This document shows, piece after piece, positions 47,565-57,193 of a stretch of 64,000 nt of DNA. The position numbers were made by a program, and so were the translations under genes. The stretch covers positions 5,881 to 69,880 of the forward strand of contig CAISZI010000048.1 in NCBI GenBank assembly GCA_903889905.1. The letters run 5' to 3'. This stretch comes from Candidatus Wirthbacteria bacterium. Its GTDB lineage: Bacteria > Patescibacteriota > CG2-30-54-11. The notes under the pieces are model-generated. The model was not told the DNA's origin. It made no database searches and worked only from the letters and a program-made list of their open reading frames with translations. The stretch's first letter is position 1. Every line of letters begins with the position of its first letter.

Positions 47565-48490
47565 GGCTGGCCCTCCACAAGCTGATGCAAGTTGTGTTCC
47601 ATGATCTCAACAAATGTCACCCCGCTGTCCAAGTCAGCCTTACTGACATTGTGCGCTGGATTGATCGCAAGCAGTTTTGCCTGTGTTTCATTTGCCAGCG
47701 TTTGTGCGATCTTGGGACTGGATAAGGCTTCATCATAAACTGTCAGCACGTGGTTGGCTTTGATATCGTCAACCAGATTCACCAAATCCTGCGCTGAAGG
47801 TTCTGCATCAGGTGCCACTCCCTGGGCCGCGCGGTATTGCAAACCATAACGCTTGGCAAGATACCCCAAGGCGTAGTGCCCACCATAAACAAGCGTTTTG
47901 TTGGGACAGGATGAAAATGTCTGCTGGTATTGCAGGTCCAAGGCAGTCAGTTGCTGCTTCAATTGTTTGGCACGCGACAAATAATCCTGTTGATGCGTCG
48001 GATCGCGTTCTGACAGAATTTGTTGCAAATGGTCAATCACCAGCTGATCATTGCCAAAATCCAACCAAAAATGCGGGTCAAGTGTGCCAACCGGTTCATC
48101 GGGATCATGAAAAACCGCACCAATCAATTGTATTCCGGCGCTGGCATCCACGACCGTAAGCTGCTGACTTGCAAGGCTGCTCAAGAGCCCCTTTAGCCAA
48201 GGTTCCATCGTATTTCCGGAATACATCAACACATCGGCCTGCTCAATAGTCTGGATATCCCGGGGCGACGGCTCAAAACTGTGCGCATCCACGCCAGGTG
48301 GCAAAAGCAATGTCACTGTGCCGTCATTGCCAACCAATGACCGTGCAAAGTCATACCAGGGAAATAACGTCGTGACAATTTGAAGTTTTCCCACTGTCCG
48401 CGTTTTTGGTTTCCATGTTGTGACAAGAGCACCAATACCAAGTACCAGAATAAGTACCATAACACCAAACAAAGCCATTCTATTTTTCAT
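47549..48490 (-). CDS. znuA: Zn/Mn ABC substrate-binding protein
   Basis: GVDAHSFEPSP, DPHFWLD, HYALGYLAKRYGL. Confidence 0.85.
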   Translation of the reverse strand: MKNRMALFGVMVLILVLGIGALVTTWKPKTRTVGKLQIVTTLFPWYDFARSLVGNDGTVTLLLPPGVDAHSFEPSPRDIQTIEQADVLMYSGNTMEPWLKGLLSSLASQQLTVVDASAGIQLIGAVFHDPDEPVGTLDPHFWLDFGNDQLVIDHLQQILSERDPTHQQDYLSRAKQLKQQLTALDLQYQQTFSSCPNKTLVYGGHYALGYLAKRYGLQYRAAQGVAPDAEPSAQDLVNLVDDIKANHVLTVYDEALSSPKIAQTLANETQAKLLAINPAHNVSKADLDSGVTFVEIMEHNLHQLVEGQPCPTL

Positions 48491-48921
48491 GCGGTTGTCT
48501 CCGCAGCCAAAACGACACAAGTCGGGCATAGACCAAAGAATTTCAGATCATGACCCGCAATAACAAAACCAGTACGATCGGTGATCTGCTGCTCCATCAA
48601 ATGCAATTCATCCTCCATATCCAGACAAGTCACAGCGTTGCACTGCTGACAAACTATGTGATGGTGGTGAGAAGTGGGCACAGCTTCATAGCGCTTGTTG
48701 CCTTCACCCAGATCGATTTCACAGATCAATCCCTGCTCCACCAGGAACTTCAACTCGCGGTAAACCGTTGTTTTGTTCACTTTGAGTCCCCGCTCAAACA
48801 AGACGGCGACCAGATCCATCGCCGACAGTGGCTTTTGTGATACATCCAGAAGTTCCACCAAGGCTTTGCGTGCTTTGGTGAGGCTATGGCCACGAGATTT
48901 GAGGTCAGTGAGTTGTGTCAT
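48487..48921 (-). CDS. zur: Fur-family regulator, probably Zur
   Basis: TTVYREL, HHHHIVCQQC, GLCPTC; heads the znu operon. Confidence 0.8.
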   Translation of the reverse strand: MTQLTDLKSRGHSLTKARKALVELLDVSQKPLSAMDLVAVLFERGLKVNKTTVYRELKFLVEQGLICEIDLGEGNKRYEAVPTSHHHHIVCQQCNAVTCLDMEDELHLMEQQITDRTGFVIAGHDLKFFGLCPTCVVLAAETTA

Positions 48922-48927
48922 TTGTAA

Positions 48928-48944
48928 ATGCAACTAAGTTGCAA
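48928..48944. promoter_or_regulatory. Candidate Zur operator
   Basis: ATGCAAC-TAA-GTTGCAA palindrome 6 nt upstream of the zur ATG. Confidence 0.6.
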
Positions 48945-48997
48945 AAGCGCTCAAAGCATAAGCCGTGAGCACTTCATTGTCAAATGAGTGCTACTCT

Positions 48998-49762
48998 TTA
49001 CCGTTTAAAATTCCACATCCGGTTGGCGTATTTTTCATCTGCCAGTTCCTGGGCGCGCTGCAATTCCACCGCTGTCACGGGTTTGCGTTCAAACTCGACT
49101 TGAAGATGTTCCCCAAATCCCTGCACCATGCCGGCAATCGTTTCGTCAAAAGTCACTGCACGCCCGAGCAATATTTCCAATCCCGTCACACGCTGTTTCA
49201 CATCAGCAATCAGCTTGCCTTTGAGTTTCTCAGCCGGTACCTTGAGCAGCGAGAACATTTTTTCCACATCCACCTGCAGCAAGATCGTCCCATGCTGCAA
49301 CAAATAATCGCCACGCCGCGTCTGGGCATTGCCGGAGATTTTTTTGCCATTCACCACCAGGTCATTGAGCGGTATAAATTCGGCCTCAACGCCCATGTGC
49401 CTGAGTCCAGCCAGTACACCACCGCAAATATAACGGTAGGAATCCAGAATTTGCTTAGGAATGCCGGCAAAGCCAACGGGCGCTACCAAATTGTAAGTGA
49501 CTTCTTGGGCGTTCAGCACTGCCCCACCGCCGGTTGTACGACGAAGATAACTGACCCCAAGCCGCTCGCAGGCTTCCAGGTCAACCTCTTCTTCCATCCC
49601 CTGAAAATAGCCGATGGTCACATTTTCCGGACTCCAGCCATATAACCGCAGCGTTGGCAGTTCACTTCCTGATACCACTTCCTCAAGGATGGTCTCGTCC
49701 AATCCCATATTGATCGGCCCCGGACGTTTGGGGTCAATGATTAAACGCATTTTGTTATTCAT
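48998..49762 (-). CDS. Lipoate-protein ligase family, catalytic domain
   Basis: NMGLDE, RRTTGGGAV, ND..VNGKKISGNAQ, LQHGT. Confidence 0.88.
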   Translation of the reverse strand: MNNKMRLIIDPKRPGPINMGLDETILEEVVSGSELPTLRLYGWSPENVTIGYFQGMEEEVDLEACERLGVSYLRRTTGGGAVLNAQEVTYNLVAPVGFAGIPKQILDSYRYICGGVLAGLRHMGVEAEFIPLNDLVVNGKKISGNAQTRRGDYLLQHGTILLQVDVEKMFSLLKVPAEKLKGKLIADVKQRVTGLEILLGRAVTFDETIAGMVQGFGEHLQVEFERKPVTAVELQRAQELADEKYANRMWNFKR

Positions 49763-50069
49763 GTTTTTGTCCTTCCTCAGCCTGTGCTTTGGCCAGTAAA
49801 ATACCATAAGCAATACCCTGTGAATTGACACCAAATAGTTCCATGCCGAAATGGCTCACGACCCGTTCGATTGACGACACCATGAAATTCTCCGAAAGCG
49901 CGCAGCCCACCAACGCCTTTTCAATTTCCTCTATCCCGCTTTCGGGGTGAATGAAAAAATCCCCTTGCAGCAACACTTTGGTGATCTGGTTACTGCTTTC
50001 ATCCCAGGTTAAAAAAACTTTGAGCAGTTTCCCGTCAGGAATTTTGTAAACTGATTTGGCTTTTAACAT
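49755..50069 (-). CDS. Lipoate-protein ligase C-terminal/accessory subunit
   Basis: YKIPDGKLL, GDFFIHPE..IEEIEKAL. Confidence 0.75.
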   Translation of the reverse strand: MLKAKSVYKIPDGKLLKVFLTWDESSNQITKVLLQGDFFIHPESGIEEIEKALVGCALSENFMVSSIERVVSHFGMELFGVNSQGIAYGILLAKAQAEEGQKHE

Positions 50070-50563
50070 CGGTTCCTCTCATATAACTCCAGTGACTTAA
50101 TAAATCCCTGCGTGAACTTTTCTCCTTTTTTAATCATCACTTTTATATCATTCACTTTTTTAAATTGGACCGATTCTGTTTCTGTTGGATCAAGGACAAA
50201 CGGCCCATTATGATGACAGACAAATAACCCTCGATTTTCCCGCTGACGGTCGCTATAGGCATGGTAGTCACAAACAAGCTCCAGACCGTCAATCTTAACT
50301 CCCAATTCCTCTTTGATTTCGCGTCTTGCTGTCTCTTCATAGGTCTCGCCGGATGAAACTTGTGCACCAACCGAGGCATCCCAATATCCGGCATAATCTT
50401 TCCTGGCCTTCGCCCTTTTTTGAACCAAAATTTCACCTGTCGCATTGATCACCAGAACGTGGACACCCCGGTGAATCGCATGGATTGCATGCACCTTGTC
50501 CCGGGTATCCCGGCCAATGATGCGATCACTTTCGTCAACAATATCGAGATATTCAATGACCAT
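50063..50563 (-). CDS. NUDIX hydrolase (Idi/YfcD-like)
   Basis: LDIVDE.D, HRGVHV, GETYEETARREIKEELG. Confidence 0.85.
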   Translation of the reverse strand: MVIEYLDIVDESDRIIGRDTRDKVHAIHAIHRGVHVLVINATGEILVQKRAKARKDYAGYWDASVGAQVSSGETYEETARREIKEELGVKIDGLELVCDYHAYSDRQRENRGLFVCHHNGPFVLDPTETESVQFKKVNDIKVMIKKGEKFTQGFIKSLELYERNRC

Positions 50564-51407
50564 TCTTTTCTGCTTTCTCGGCATGATAGGAACTCCGCAC
50601 CAGTGGCCCCGACTCCACATGTTCAAACCCCATCTCCAGAGCCTTCTGCTTGATCTCGCCAAACTCAGCTGGCGTGTAATATTTCGCAACTTCCCAATTT
50701 TCCTTCGTCGGCCGCAGGTACTGTCCCACGGCAAGTCGCTGCACATTAGCCCGGTGCAAGTCGGCAAGTAAGGCCCAAATTTGTTCAATCGTCTCGCCCA
50801 CACCGACCATAAACGCTGTTTTGCTCACCGTCTTCCCGCTCTCGCCAACCCGCGCCAAAAGTTCCAGCGACTGGTCATAATCCCCACCTGGACGCACCTG
50901 CTTATATAATTCTTTAACCACCTCAATATTGTGGCCCAGTACATCCGGTTTGGCGTTGATGACGGTTTGCAAATCGGTCCAGTTGTATTTGAAATCCGGA
51001 ATCAGCACCTCTACCTTCACACCAATTTCACGTAACAATCCAATCGTCTCGGCATACATGGCCGCGCCACCATCCGGCAGATCGTCCCGCGTCACCGAGG
51101 TAACGACAACGTAGTCAAGTTTGAGCTCTTTGACCGCATCGCGCAGGCGCTTGGGCTCATCCAGGTCGTACTCCGGTGGTTTTCCCGTCTTCACATTGCA
51201 GTATTTGCAATGCCGAGTACAGGTATCGCCCAGGATAAGGAACGTTGCGGTCCCCGCGTTCCAGCACTCATCGCGATTGGGACACAGCCCTTCGACGCAA
51301 ATCGAATGCATGCGGTGAGCCTGCAGGATTTGGCTGACAGCTTTAAGTTTGGCGCCGCTGGGGACACGGACCTTGAACCAGTCGGGTTTGCGTTGATTAA
51401 TATTCAT
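50553..51407 (-). CDS. lipA: Lipoyl synthase
   Basis: CVEGLCPNRDEC, CTRHCKYC, GPLVRSSY. Confidence 0.95.
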   Translation of the reverse strand: MNINQRKPDWFKVRVPSGAKLKAVSQILQAHRMHSICVEGLCPNRDECWNAGTATFLILGDTCTRHCKYCNVKTGKPPEYDLDEPKRLRDAVKELKLDYVVVTSVTRDDLPDGGAAMYAETIGLLREIGVKVEVLIPDFKYNWTDLQTVINAKPDVLGHNIEVVKELYKQVRPGGDYDQSLELLARVGESGKTVSKTAFMVGVGETIEQIWALLADLHRANVQRLAVGQYLRPTKENWEVAKYYTPAEFGEIKQKALEMGFEHVESGPLVRSSYHAEKAEKNGH

Positions 51408-51416
51408 TGTGATTTT

Positions 51417-51737
51417 CTAGGCTTCGAAAGGTAGTTCTTCGCCAATGCTTTTACGCGATTCGTTATGCATTTTTTCGCGAAACGTACTAATGGCTTCTTG
51501 ATACTGTGGTCTAAATGTTAGTAGATTTTCAGGATCTAAACCAATTTCTTGAACATCCAGGATTGCTTTGTCCAAAATCGGGGCTGCTTGCTTTCCGAGC
51601 CTGTCAACACGATCATACCCTTTTAGTGTTGCTGCATTATTCGCCAGATCGTTTGCATCGAAATAAGCTTCGATAGCATTTGCTTCTTTTTGGTTTTGGA
51701 CAGTGACAGATGCATTGTCCATATAAACCTTCTTCAT
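51417..51737 (-). CDS. Hypothetical protein (low GC)
   Basis: 106-aa ORF filling the gcvPB-lipA gap. Confidence 0.5.
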   Translation of the reverse strand: MKKVYMDNASVTVQNQKEANAIEAYFDANDLANNAATLKGYDRVDRLGKQAAPILDKAILDVQEIGLDPENLLTFRPQYQEAISTFREKMHNESRKSIGEELPFEA

Positions 51738-51750
51738 TAAAAAAAAAGAA

Positions 51751-53178
51751 CTATTTCTGGTACACGACTCTCGGTTCCCTTGCCGCCTTGACCTCATCCA
51801 GGCGGTTGACCGGCGTCGTGAGCGGAGCGTCATGAATGATCTGCGGATTGGTCTTGGCTTCACCGGCAATTTCAATCATCACGTCACAAAACTCGTCAAG
51901 CGTTTCCTTGGATTCCGTTTCCGTCGGTTCAAACATCATGGCTTCGTGCACAATCATCGGGAAGTAGATGGTGGGTGGATGGATGCCGTAGTCAATCATG
52001 CGTTTGGCAATGTCCTTGGTATTGATGCCGTTTTCCCGCACCTGCTTTTCCGAAGTCAGGACGCATTCGTGCATACAAACCCGCTGATATGCCACGTCAA
52101 AATGTGGGCTCAGCCGCGCCATGACATAGTTGGCGTTCAAAACAGCATTTTCTGCCGCCCGTTTCAAACCCTTGGCACCCAGGCTACGGATGTAAGTAAA
52201 CGCCTTGACCATGACACCGAAATTGCCATAAAACGCTTTCATTTTGCCAATGCTATCGGGTTTGTCACCGACAAATGAATAAACGCCATCGTTAAGCTCA
52301 ATCCGCGGCACAGGCAAGAAATCCGTCAGGATTTGCTTCACGCCAACCGGGCCGCTGCCGGGTCCGCCACCACCGTGCGGAGTGCTGAAGGATTTGTGCA
52401 AATTGAGTTGAATCACATCAAAACCCAAATCTCCTGGCCGGGTAATACCCATGTAGGCATTCGTATTGGCGCCGTCACAGTAAAACAAGCCGCCCTTGGC
52501 ATGGACGATCTTGGCCACTTCCGTGATGTTGCGTTCAAACAACCCGAGCGTGTTGGGGTTGGTCAGCATCAATCCTGCCACTTCCTCGGTCATCAATTCG
52601 CGCAAACTGTCGAGATCAAGCCCACCTTCGGCATTGGATTTCACGCTGACGATTTCGTAGCCACACAATGCACTGGACGCTGGATTGGTGCCGTGCGCGG
52701 CGTCGGGAATGAGCATTTTGGACCGTTTTTCGCCACGTTTTTCAAAGTACTTCTTGATCAGCATTACGCCGGTCAGTTCGCCATGCGCGCCAGCCGCAGG
52801 TTGCAGTGTAAACGCATCCATCCCACAGATCTCACGCAAATCCTTTTCCAGTTCAAACATCAGCTGCAAACTGCCCTGTGACCACGCTTCTGGCGCATAG
52901 GGGTGAGCCTCTGTAAAACCTGCGAGTTTGGCCATGTCTTCGTTGATTTTGGGATTGTACTTCATGGTACAGGAACCCAGTGGGTAAAACCCAATGTCCA
53001 CCCCGAAGTTACGGCGCGACAGTTGTGTGTAATGACGGACAAGATCGATTTCCGCCACCTCCGGCAAATCAATTTCCGCGCGTACCAAAGAGGCATCAAG
53101 TTCAACGGCCGGCACGTCAAAACCCTGAATTTCACTGGCTCTGCGCCCAACGCGACTTTTTTCAAAAATCAGCTCCAT
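51751..53178 (-). CDS. gcvPB: Glycine dehydrogenase subunit 2
   Basis: YPLGSCTMKYNPK, QPAAGAHGE, HGTNPAS, LNLHKSFSTPHGGGGPG. Confidence 0.95.
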   Translation of the reverse strand: MELIFEKSRVGRRASEIQGFDVPAVELDASLVRAEIDLPEVAEIDLVRHYTQLSRRNFGVDIGFYPLGSCTMKYNPKINEDMAKLAGFTEAHPYAPEAWSQGSLQLMFELEKDLREICGMDAFTLQPAAGAHGELTGVMLIKKYFEKRGEKRSKMLIPDAAHGTNPASSALCGYEIVSVKSNAEGGLDLDSLRELMTEEVAGLMLTNPNTLGLFERNITEVAKIVHAKGGLFYCDGANTNAYMGITRPGDLGFDVIQLNLHKSFSTPHGGGGPGSGPVGVKQILTDFLPVPRIELNDGVYSFVGDKPDSIGKMKAFYGNFGVMVKAFTYIRSLGAKGLKRAAENAVLNANYVMARLSPHFDVAYQRVCMHECVLTSEKQVRENGINTKDIAKRMIDYGIHPPTIYFPMIVHEAMMFEPTETESKETLDEFCDVMIEIAGEAKTNPQIIHDAPLTTPVNRLDEVKAAREPRVVYQK

Positions 53179-53189
53179 ACGGGTTCCTC

Positions 53190-53465
53190 CTATTTAAACG
53201 TAGTTTTGGGAACGATCGCATCCATCATCCACCACTTGCCGTCAAAAAAACTCCGCACGCTATCCTGATACTTATCGGTAAAATACTTCACCGCGTCCCC
53301 TTCGATTTCTTCGACATCACAAACACAGACAATCTGAAAATTCTTGGGCTTGCACTCACTCACAAATACATGCTCGAACCTCTCCTCAGTCTCTGCCAGA
53401 TGCTCCGCAAAGGCCTCGACTTCCTGTTGGCTGCTGTCTTTTTTGAAAGTGAAGAGAAAAATCAT
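53190..53465 (-). CDS. Hypothetical acidic 91-aa protein
   Basis: AAGGA RBS; fills the gcvPA-gcvPB gap. Confidence 0.55.
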   Translation of the reverse strand: MIFLFTFKKDSSQQEVEAFAEHLAETEERFEHVFVSECKPKNFQIVCVCDVEEIEGDAVKYFTDKYQDSVRSFFDGKWWMMDAIVPKTTFK

Positions 53466-53497
53466 GTTTTCCTTTATGGTTCTTCAGGTATCAAGTC

Positions 53498-53584
53498 TGT
53501 CATTGCGAGGAGTCTTCGAGGTGGCAATCTTTTTTCTTTTTTACGAGAGATTGCCGCGGTCGAAAAGCCTCCCTCGCAATGACA
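53498..53584. repeat. TGTCATTGCGAGG...CCTCGCAATGACA palindromic element
   Basis: 13-bp terminal inverted repeat with an inner GGCAATCT/AGATTGCC stem; same family as 21217. Confidence 0.8.
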
Positions 53585-53602
53585 TTTGACTTACTTTAGA
53601 AA

Positions 53603-54928
53603 CTATCTCAGCACTCCCACCACTTCATCCATCTCGACCTTGCATAACATTTCCGTGGCACAAAAAACGACGCAATTCTTGTACTCGGGATAAACCGTTC
53701 CCAAGTCATATCCGCCCAAAATCCCGTTGGCCTTTAATTGCTCGTTCACTTTCCGGGCATCCGGTACCCGCAATGCAAATTCGTTGTAGGTCGGCCCGTC
53801 AAAAACCGCGGACCACCCGGGCAATTTCAACAATTCGGATTTCAGGTATGCGGCTTTGGCCACGTTCAGTTTCGCCAATTCTTTCAAATTCTTGCCAAGG
53901 CTCGACAGATACACAGCGGCCGCCAGCATACACAAAGCTTCGTTGGAACAGATGTTGCTGGTCGCTTTTTCACGACGGATATGTTGTTCACGGGTCTGCA
54001 AAGTCAGGACAAAACCACGTTTGCCATTTTTGTCTGTGGTTTCACCCACCAGACGGCCCGGAATCTTGCGCATAAAGGCTTCGGTGCTAGCCAGAATCCC
54101 CAGGTATGGACCACCAAAATTCAAAGCATTGCCAAAACTCTGGCCCTCGCCCACCACGAAATCAGCACCCAGTTCACCGGCCGGTTTGAGCAAGCCCAAA
54201 GAAGTTGCCTCAGTCACGCCAACAATCAGCAAGGCACCTTTGGCATGCACAACGGGAGCCATTGCCGCTACATCTTCAATCACCCCGAAGAAATTCGGGC
54301 TTTGGATCATGACTGCGGCAACGGTTTCATCCAGTGTAACTTCCAGGATACTAGGATCAACCCGGCCATTTGCCAAGGAACAAATTTCAACTACTTCATA
54401 CCCATTGGCCCAGGCATAAGTCTGGACCGTTTTACGCCATTCAGGATGCACGGAACAGGCTGTGATTAATTTCTTGCGCCCTAGTGTTTTGCAGGACAAA
54501 ACCGCCGCTTCCGCCATGGCCGAGGCGCCATCGTACATCGAGGCATTGGCCACAGCCATACCTGTGAGGCGAGCAATCATCGTCTGGTATTCAAAAATTG
54601 CCTGCAAAATCCCCTGACTGATCTCTGGTTGATACGGCGTGTAAGCGGTATAAAATTCCGACCGTCCAATGATATGGCTCACGATCGCCGGCACATAATG
54701 GCGGTAAGCGCCCGCGCCCATCAGGCTGATCGAGGGGATTTTGTTTTTGCCCGCAAGCTGTTTCATCAGTTTGCTGACTTCCTGTTCCGAAAGTCCAGAG
54801 GGCAAGTCGAGATCATTTTTCAAACGCAAAGCCGAAGGAATATCCACAAACAAATCCTCGACCGACTTTACCCCAATCGTCCCCAGCATCTGCTTCTGAT
54901 CGTCACCCGTATGCGGAACGTAATCCAT
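53603..54928 (-). CDS. gcvPA: Glycine dehydrogenase subunit 1
   Basis: YTAYTPYQPEISQG, NASMYDG, TREQHIRREKATSNIC; GAGGAGG RBS. Confidence 0.95.
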   Translation of the reverse strand: MDYVPHTGDDQKQMLGTIGVKSVEDLFVDIPSALRLKNDLDLPSGLSEQEVSKLMKQLAGKNKIPSISLMGAGAYRHYVPAIVSHIIGRSEFYTAYTPYQPEISQGILQAIFEYQTMIARLTGMAVANASMYDGASAMAEAAVLSCKTLGRKKLITACSVHPEWRKTVQTYAWANGYEVVEICSLANGRVDPSILEVTLDETVAAVMIQSPNFFGVIEDVAAMAPVVHAKGALLIVGVTEATSLGLLKPAGELGADFVVGEGQSFGNALNFGGPYLGILASTEAFMRKIPGRLVGETTDKNGKRGFVLTLQTREQHIRREKATSNICSNEALCMLAAAVYLSSLGKNLKELAKLNVAKAAYLKSELLKLPGWSAVFDGPTYNEFALRVPDARKVNEQLKANGILGGYDLGTVYPEYKNCVVFCATEMLCKVEMDEVVGVLR

Positions 54929-54959
54929 ACCGCCCTCCTCATTGATTAATTCTTTCATA

Positions 54960-55000
54960 CCCCCTTCCCTTTACTAAAGGGAAGGGCTGGGGATGAGTTC
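54960..55000. repeat. Solitary C-rich/G-rich hairpin with G-rich tail
   Basis: CCCTTCCCTTT-ACT-AAAGGGAAGGG then CTGGGGATGAGTTC. Confidence 0.55.
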
Positions 55001-55002
55001 TC

Positions 55003-55389
55003 TTAACTCTCCATCACCTTCCCATACGCTGCCACATCCATCAATTTCTCCAACTCCGCCGGGTTGCTCATCTTCACCTTGGCAATCCAACCCGCGCCAA
55101 ACGCATCCTGGTTGATCAGCCCGGGATTGGCTTCCAGTTCAGTATTCACTTCGACGACTTCGCCACTCACGGGCGAGTAAACATCGGAAACCGACTTAAC
55201 GGACTCAACGGCCGCGAGCTGTTTGCCTTGCTCCACTTTTTTGCCAATGGCGGGAAGTTCGGCAAACACCACTTCCGTGAGCAGTTCCTGCGCGTGGTCG
55301 GTGATACCAACGGTGACGATATCGCCCTCGACCAGCGCCCATTCGTGGTCTTTGGTGTATTTAAGGTTGGCGGGATTGGATTTGGACAT
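55003..55389 (-). CDS. gcvH: Glycine cleavage H protein
   Basis: YTKDHEW, GITDHAQ, VESVKSVSDVYSP. Confidence 0.96.
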   Translation of the reverse strand: MSKSNPANLKYTKDHEWALVEGDIVTVGITDHAQELLTEVVFAELPAIGKKVEQGKQLAAVESVKSVSDVYSPVSGEVVEVNTELEANPGLINQDAFGAGWIAKVKMSNPAELEKLMDVAAYGKVMES

Positions 55390-55415
55390 GATATAACTCC
55401 TTATACAACAAAAAA

Positions 55416-56036
55416 TTAATTGACCTGCCGCACAAGTTGGCTGCCTTCATAAACAAATAAACCTGTTTCCTCGGACCCAAAATCTTGCTTGGGGCCAACG
55501 AACAACACCAGATATTGTATTGGTGACAAACTTTCCAAGGCTGACAGACATTTGGGATGGCAAGCTTTGAGTAATTCCCGATCAGCAGCATTGGTCTTGG
55601 CGCCGATAATAAAATTGGTCACATTCCCCAGCAAAGACCAGGTGACTGTTTTCGTAAACGAAAAATGCGGACATTCAATCAGCAAATTGATCCCCAACGA
55701 CCGACATTCAGCCAGGAGATGATTAATCAGTTCACTTTTCCAGGATGCCAGATCACGCACGAACACATATTTTGTTGCCACTGGTGACAAATCCATCGAG
55801 ACGTATTTTTGCAAAAGGTCAACCAATTTACCAAAATCATTGACCGCATATGAACTGTATTCCAGGTCGGTTGTCTGACTGAATTCAGCAACCTTGGCAA
55901 GCTCACCATTTTTGGATAGCACTTTGGCCATGGCTGGCAGCCATGTTGCGAGCACGCCGTTTGGCGCACCCGGAATTTCGCCAACAATCAAGGTTACACG
56001 GGAAAAAGCAACGGCATTAAAATCCAGGACAGACAT
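55416..56036 (-). CDS. Hypothetical protein, possibly a degenerate HerA/VirB4-type ATPase domain
   Basis: LLAECRSLGINLLI...LLGNVTNFII...LESLSPIQYLV pattern; no intact Walker motifs. Confidence 0.55.
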   Translation of the reverse strand: MSVLDFNAVAFSRVTLIVGEIPGAPNGVLATWLPAMAKVLSKNGELAKVAEFSQTTDLEYSSYAVNDFGKLVDLLQKYVSMDLSPVATKYVFVRDLASWKSELINHLLAECRSLGINLLIECPHFSFTKTVTWSLLGNVTNFIIGAKTNAADRELLKACHPKCLSALESLSPIQYLVLFVGPKQDFGSEETGLFVYEGSQLVRQVN

Positions 56037-57128
56037 TTAACCCCTCTTATAAAAAGGCAACTTTACCACCTGCGCTTTCACCACATTGTCCCGAATTTGA
56101 ATCCCAATCTCGGTTCCTTCAACCGCAAGGTGCGGCGGCACATAGCCCAAACCAATCGCTTTGCCCAGTGTTGGTGAAATTGTCCCCGACGTCACCACAC
56201 CCACTTTCTGGCCGCCCGCAACGATGTCGTATCCATTGCGCGCAATGCCGCGGTCCACCAGTTCAAAGCCCACCAGCTTCTTCCCCAATCCCCGCGCTTT
56301 AAGCTCACGCAAGGCGTCAACCCCGACAAAATCCTTGTCCAGATTCGTGACCCAGCCGTAGCGGCACTCGAGCGGCGTCACTTTGTCATCCATTTCGTGA
56401 CCATAGAGATTCATGGCGCACTCCAGACGCAAAGTGTCGCGTGCACCAAGCCCGATCGGTTTCAAACCCAGCGGCGCGCCAATTTCAAACAATTTGTCCC
56501 AAAGGACGCCAATCTTGTCCCGCGCCAGATAGATTTCAAAACCATCCTCGCCGGTATAACCACTGCGCGAGACAATGGCGTAACCACCTAAAATTTCGGT
56601 TTCGACAAAGTGATAGAACTTGAGCTTCCGCAGGTCATCCGCCACCAGAGGTTGAAGGATTGCCTGCGACACCGGTCCCTGCAAATCCAGTTTGCCCAAA
56701 ACAGCACTGCTGTCGACTACCTTGGCGTCGGTAAACCCGAAGTCGCGCTGCACTTTCAGAATCTGCGCCAGGTCGCCGTCTTTGGTCGAGGCATTGGTCA
56801 CGACCATGTATTTCTCATCAGCCAGTTTGTAAACGGTAAGGTCGTCCAAAATGCCGCCGGCCTCGTTGCAAAGCACACCGAGCCGCATTTGACCATTTTC
56901 CATGCCGCCAAGCTCACGCGAAATCGCCTTCTGCAACAACGCTAACGCCTCTGGCCCTTCGACCTTGAGTTCACCCATGTGACAGATGTCAAACAGACCG
57001 GCTTTTTCCCGCGTGTTGCGGTGTTCTTCGGTGATGATGCCGTACTGCACGGGCATGTCCCAGCCGCCAAAATCCACCATCCGGGCGCCGAGAGCAACGT
57101 GTTTGGCATGAAGCGGAGTTTTCTGCAT
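56037..57128 (-). CDS. gcvT: Glycine cleavage aminomethyltransferase T
   Basis: TPLH, FGGWDMPVQY, LFDICHMG, SRSGYTGEDGFEI, GLGARDTLRLE. Confidence 0.96.
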   Translation of the reverse strand: MQKTPLHAKHVALGARMVDFGGWDMPVQYGIITEEHRNTREKAGLFDICHMGELKVEGPEALALLQKAISRELGGMENGQMRLGVLCNEAGGILDDLTVYKLADEKYMVVTNASTKDGDLAQILKVQRDFGFTDAKVVDSSAVLGKLDLQGPVSQAILQPLVADDLRKLKFYHFVETEILGGYAIVSRSGYTGEDGFEIYLARDKIGVLWDKLFEIGAPLGLKPIGLGARDTLRLECAMNLYGHEMDDKVTPLECRYGWVTNLDKDFVGVDALRELKARGLGKKLVGFELVDRGIARNGYDIVAGGQKVGVVTSGTISPTLGKAIGLGYVPPHLAVEGTEIGIQIRDNVVKAQVVKLPFYKRG

Positions 57129-57193
57129 TTGTGATCCTGTTAAGACTTGAAATGCTGTCCCCCAACTCACTTCTATTTTTGTTTGTAAGCAAT

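Noticed and set aside
50564-50803. Long N-terminal extension of the NUDIX ORF
   Set aside because: It overlaps lipA in another frame; ATG 50563 fits the family.
57129-57193. Glycine riboswitch upstream of gcvT; purine and M-box riboswitches upstream of guaB and mgtA were also checked
   Set aside because: No consensus motifs, and the leaders are too short.
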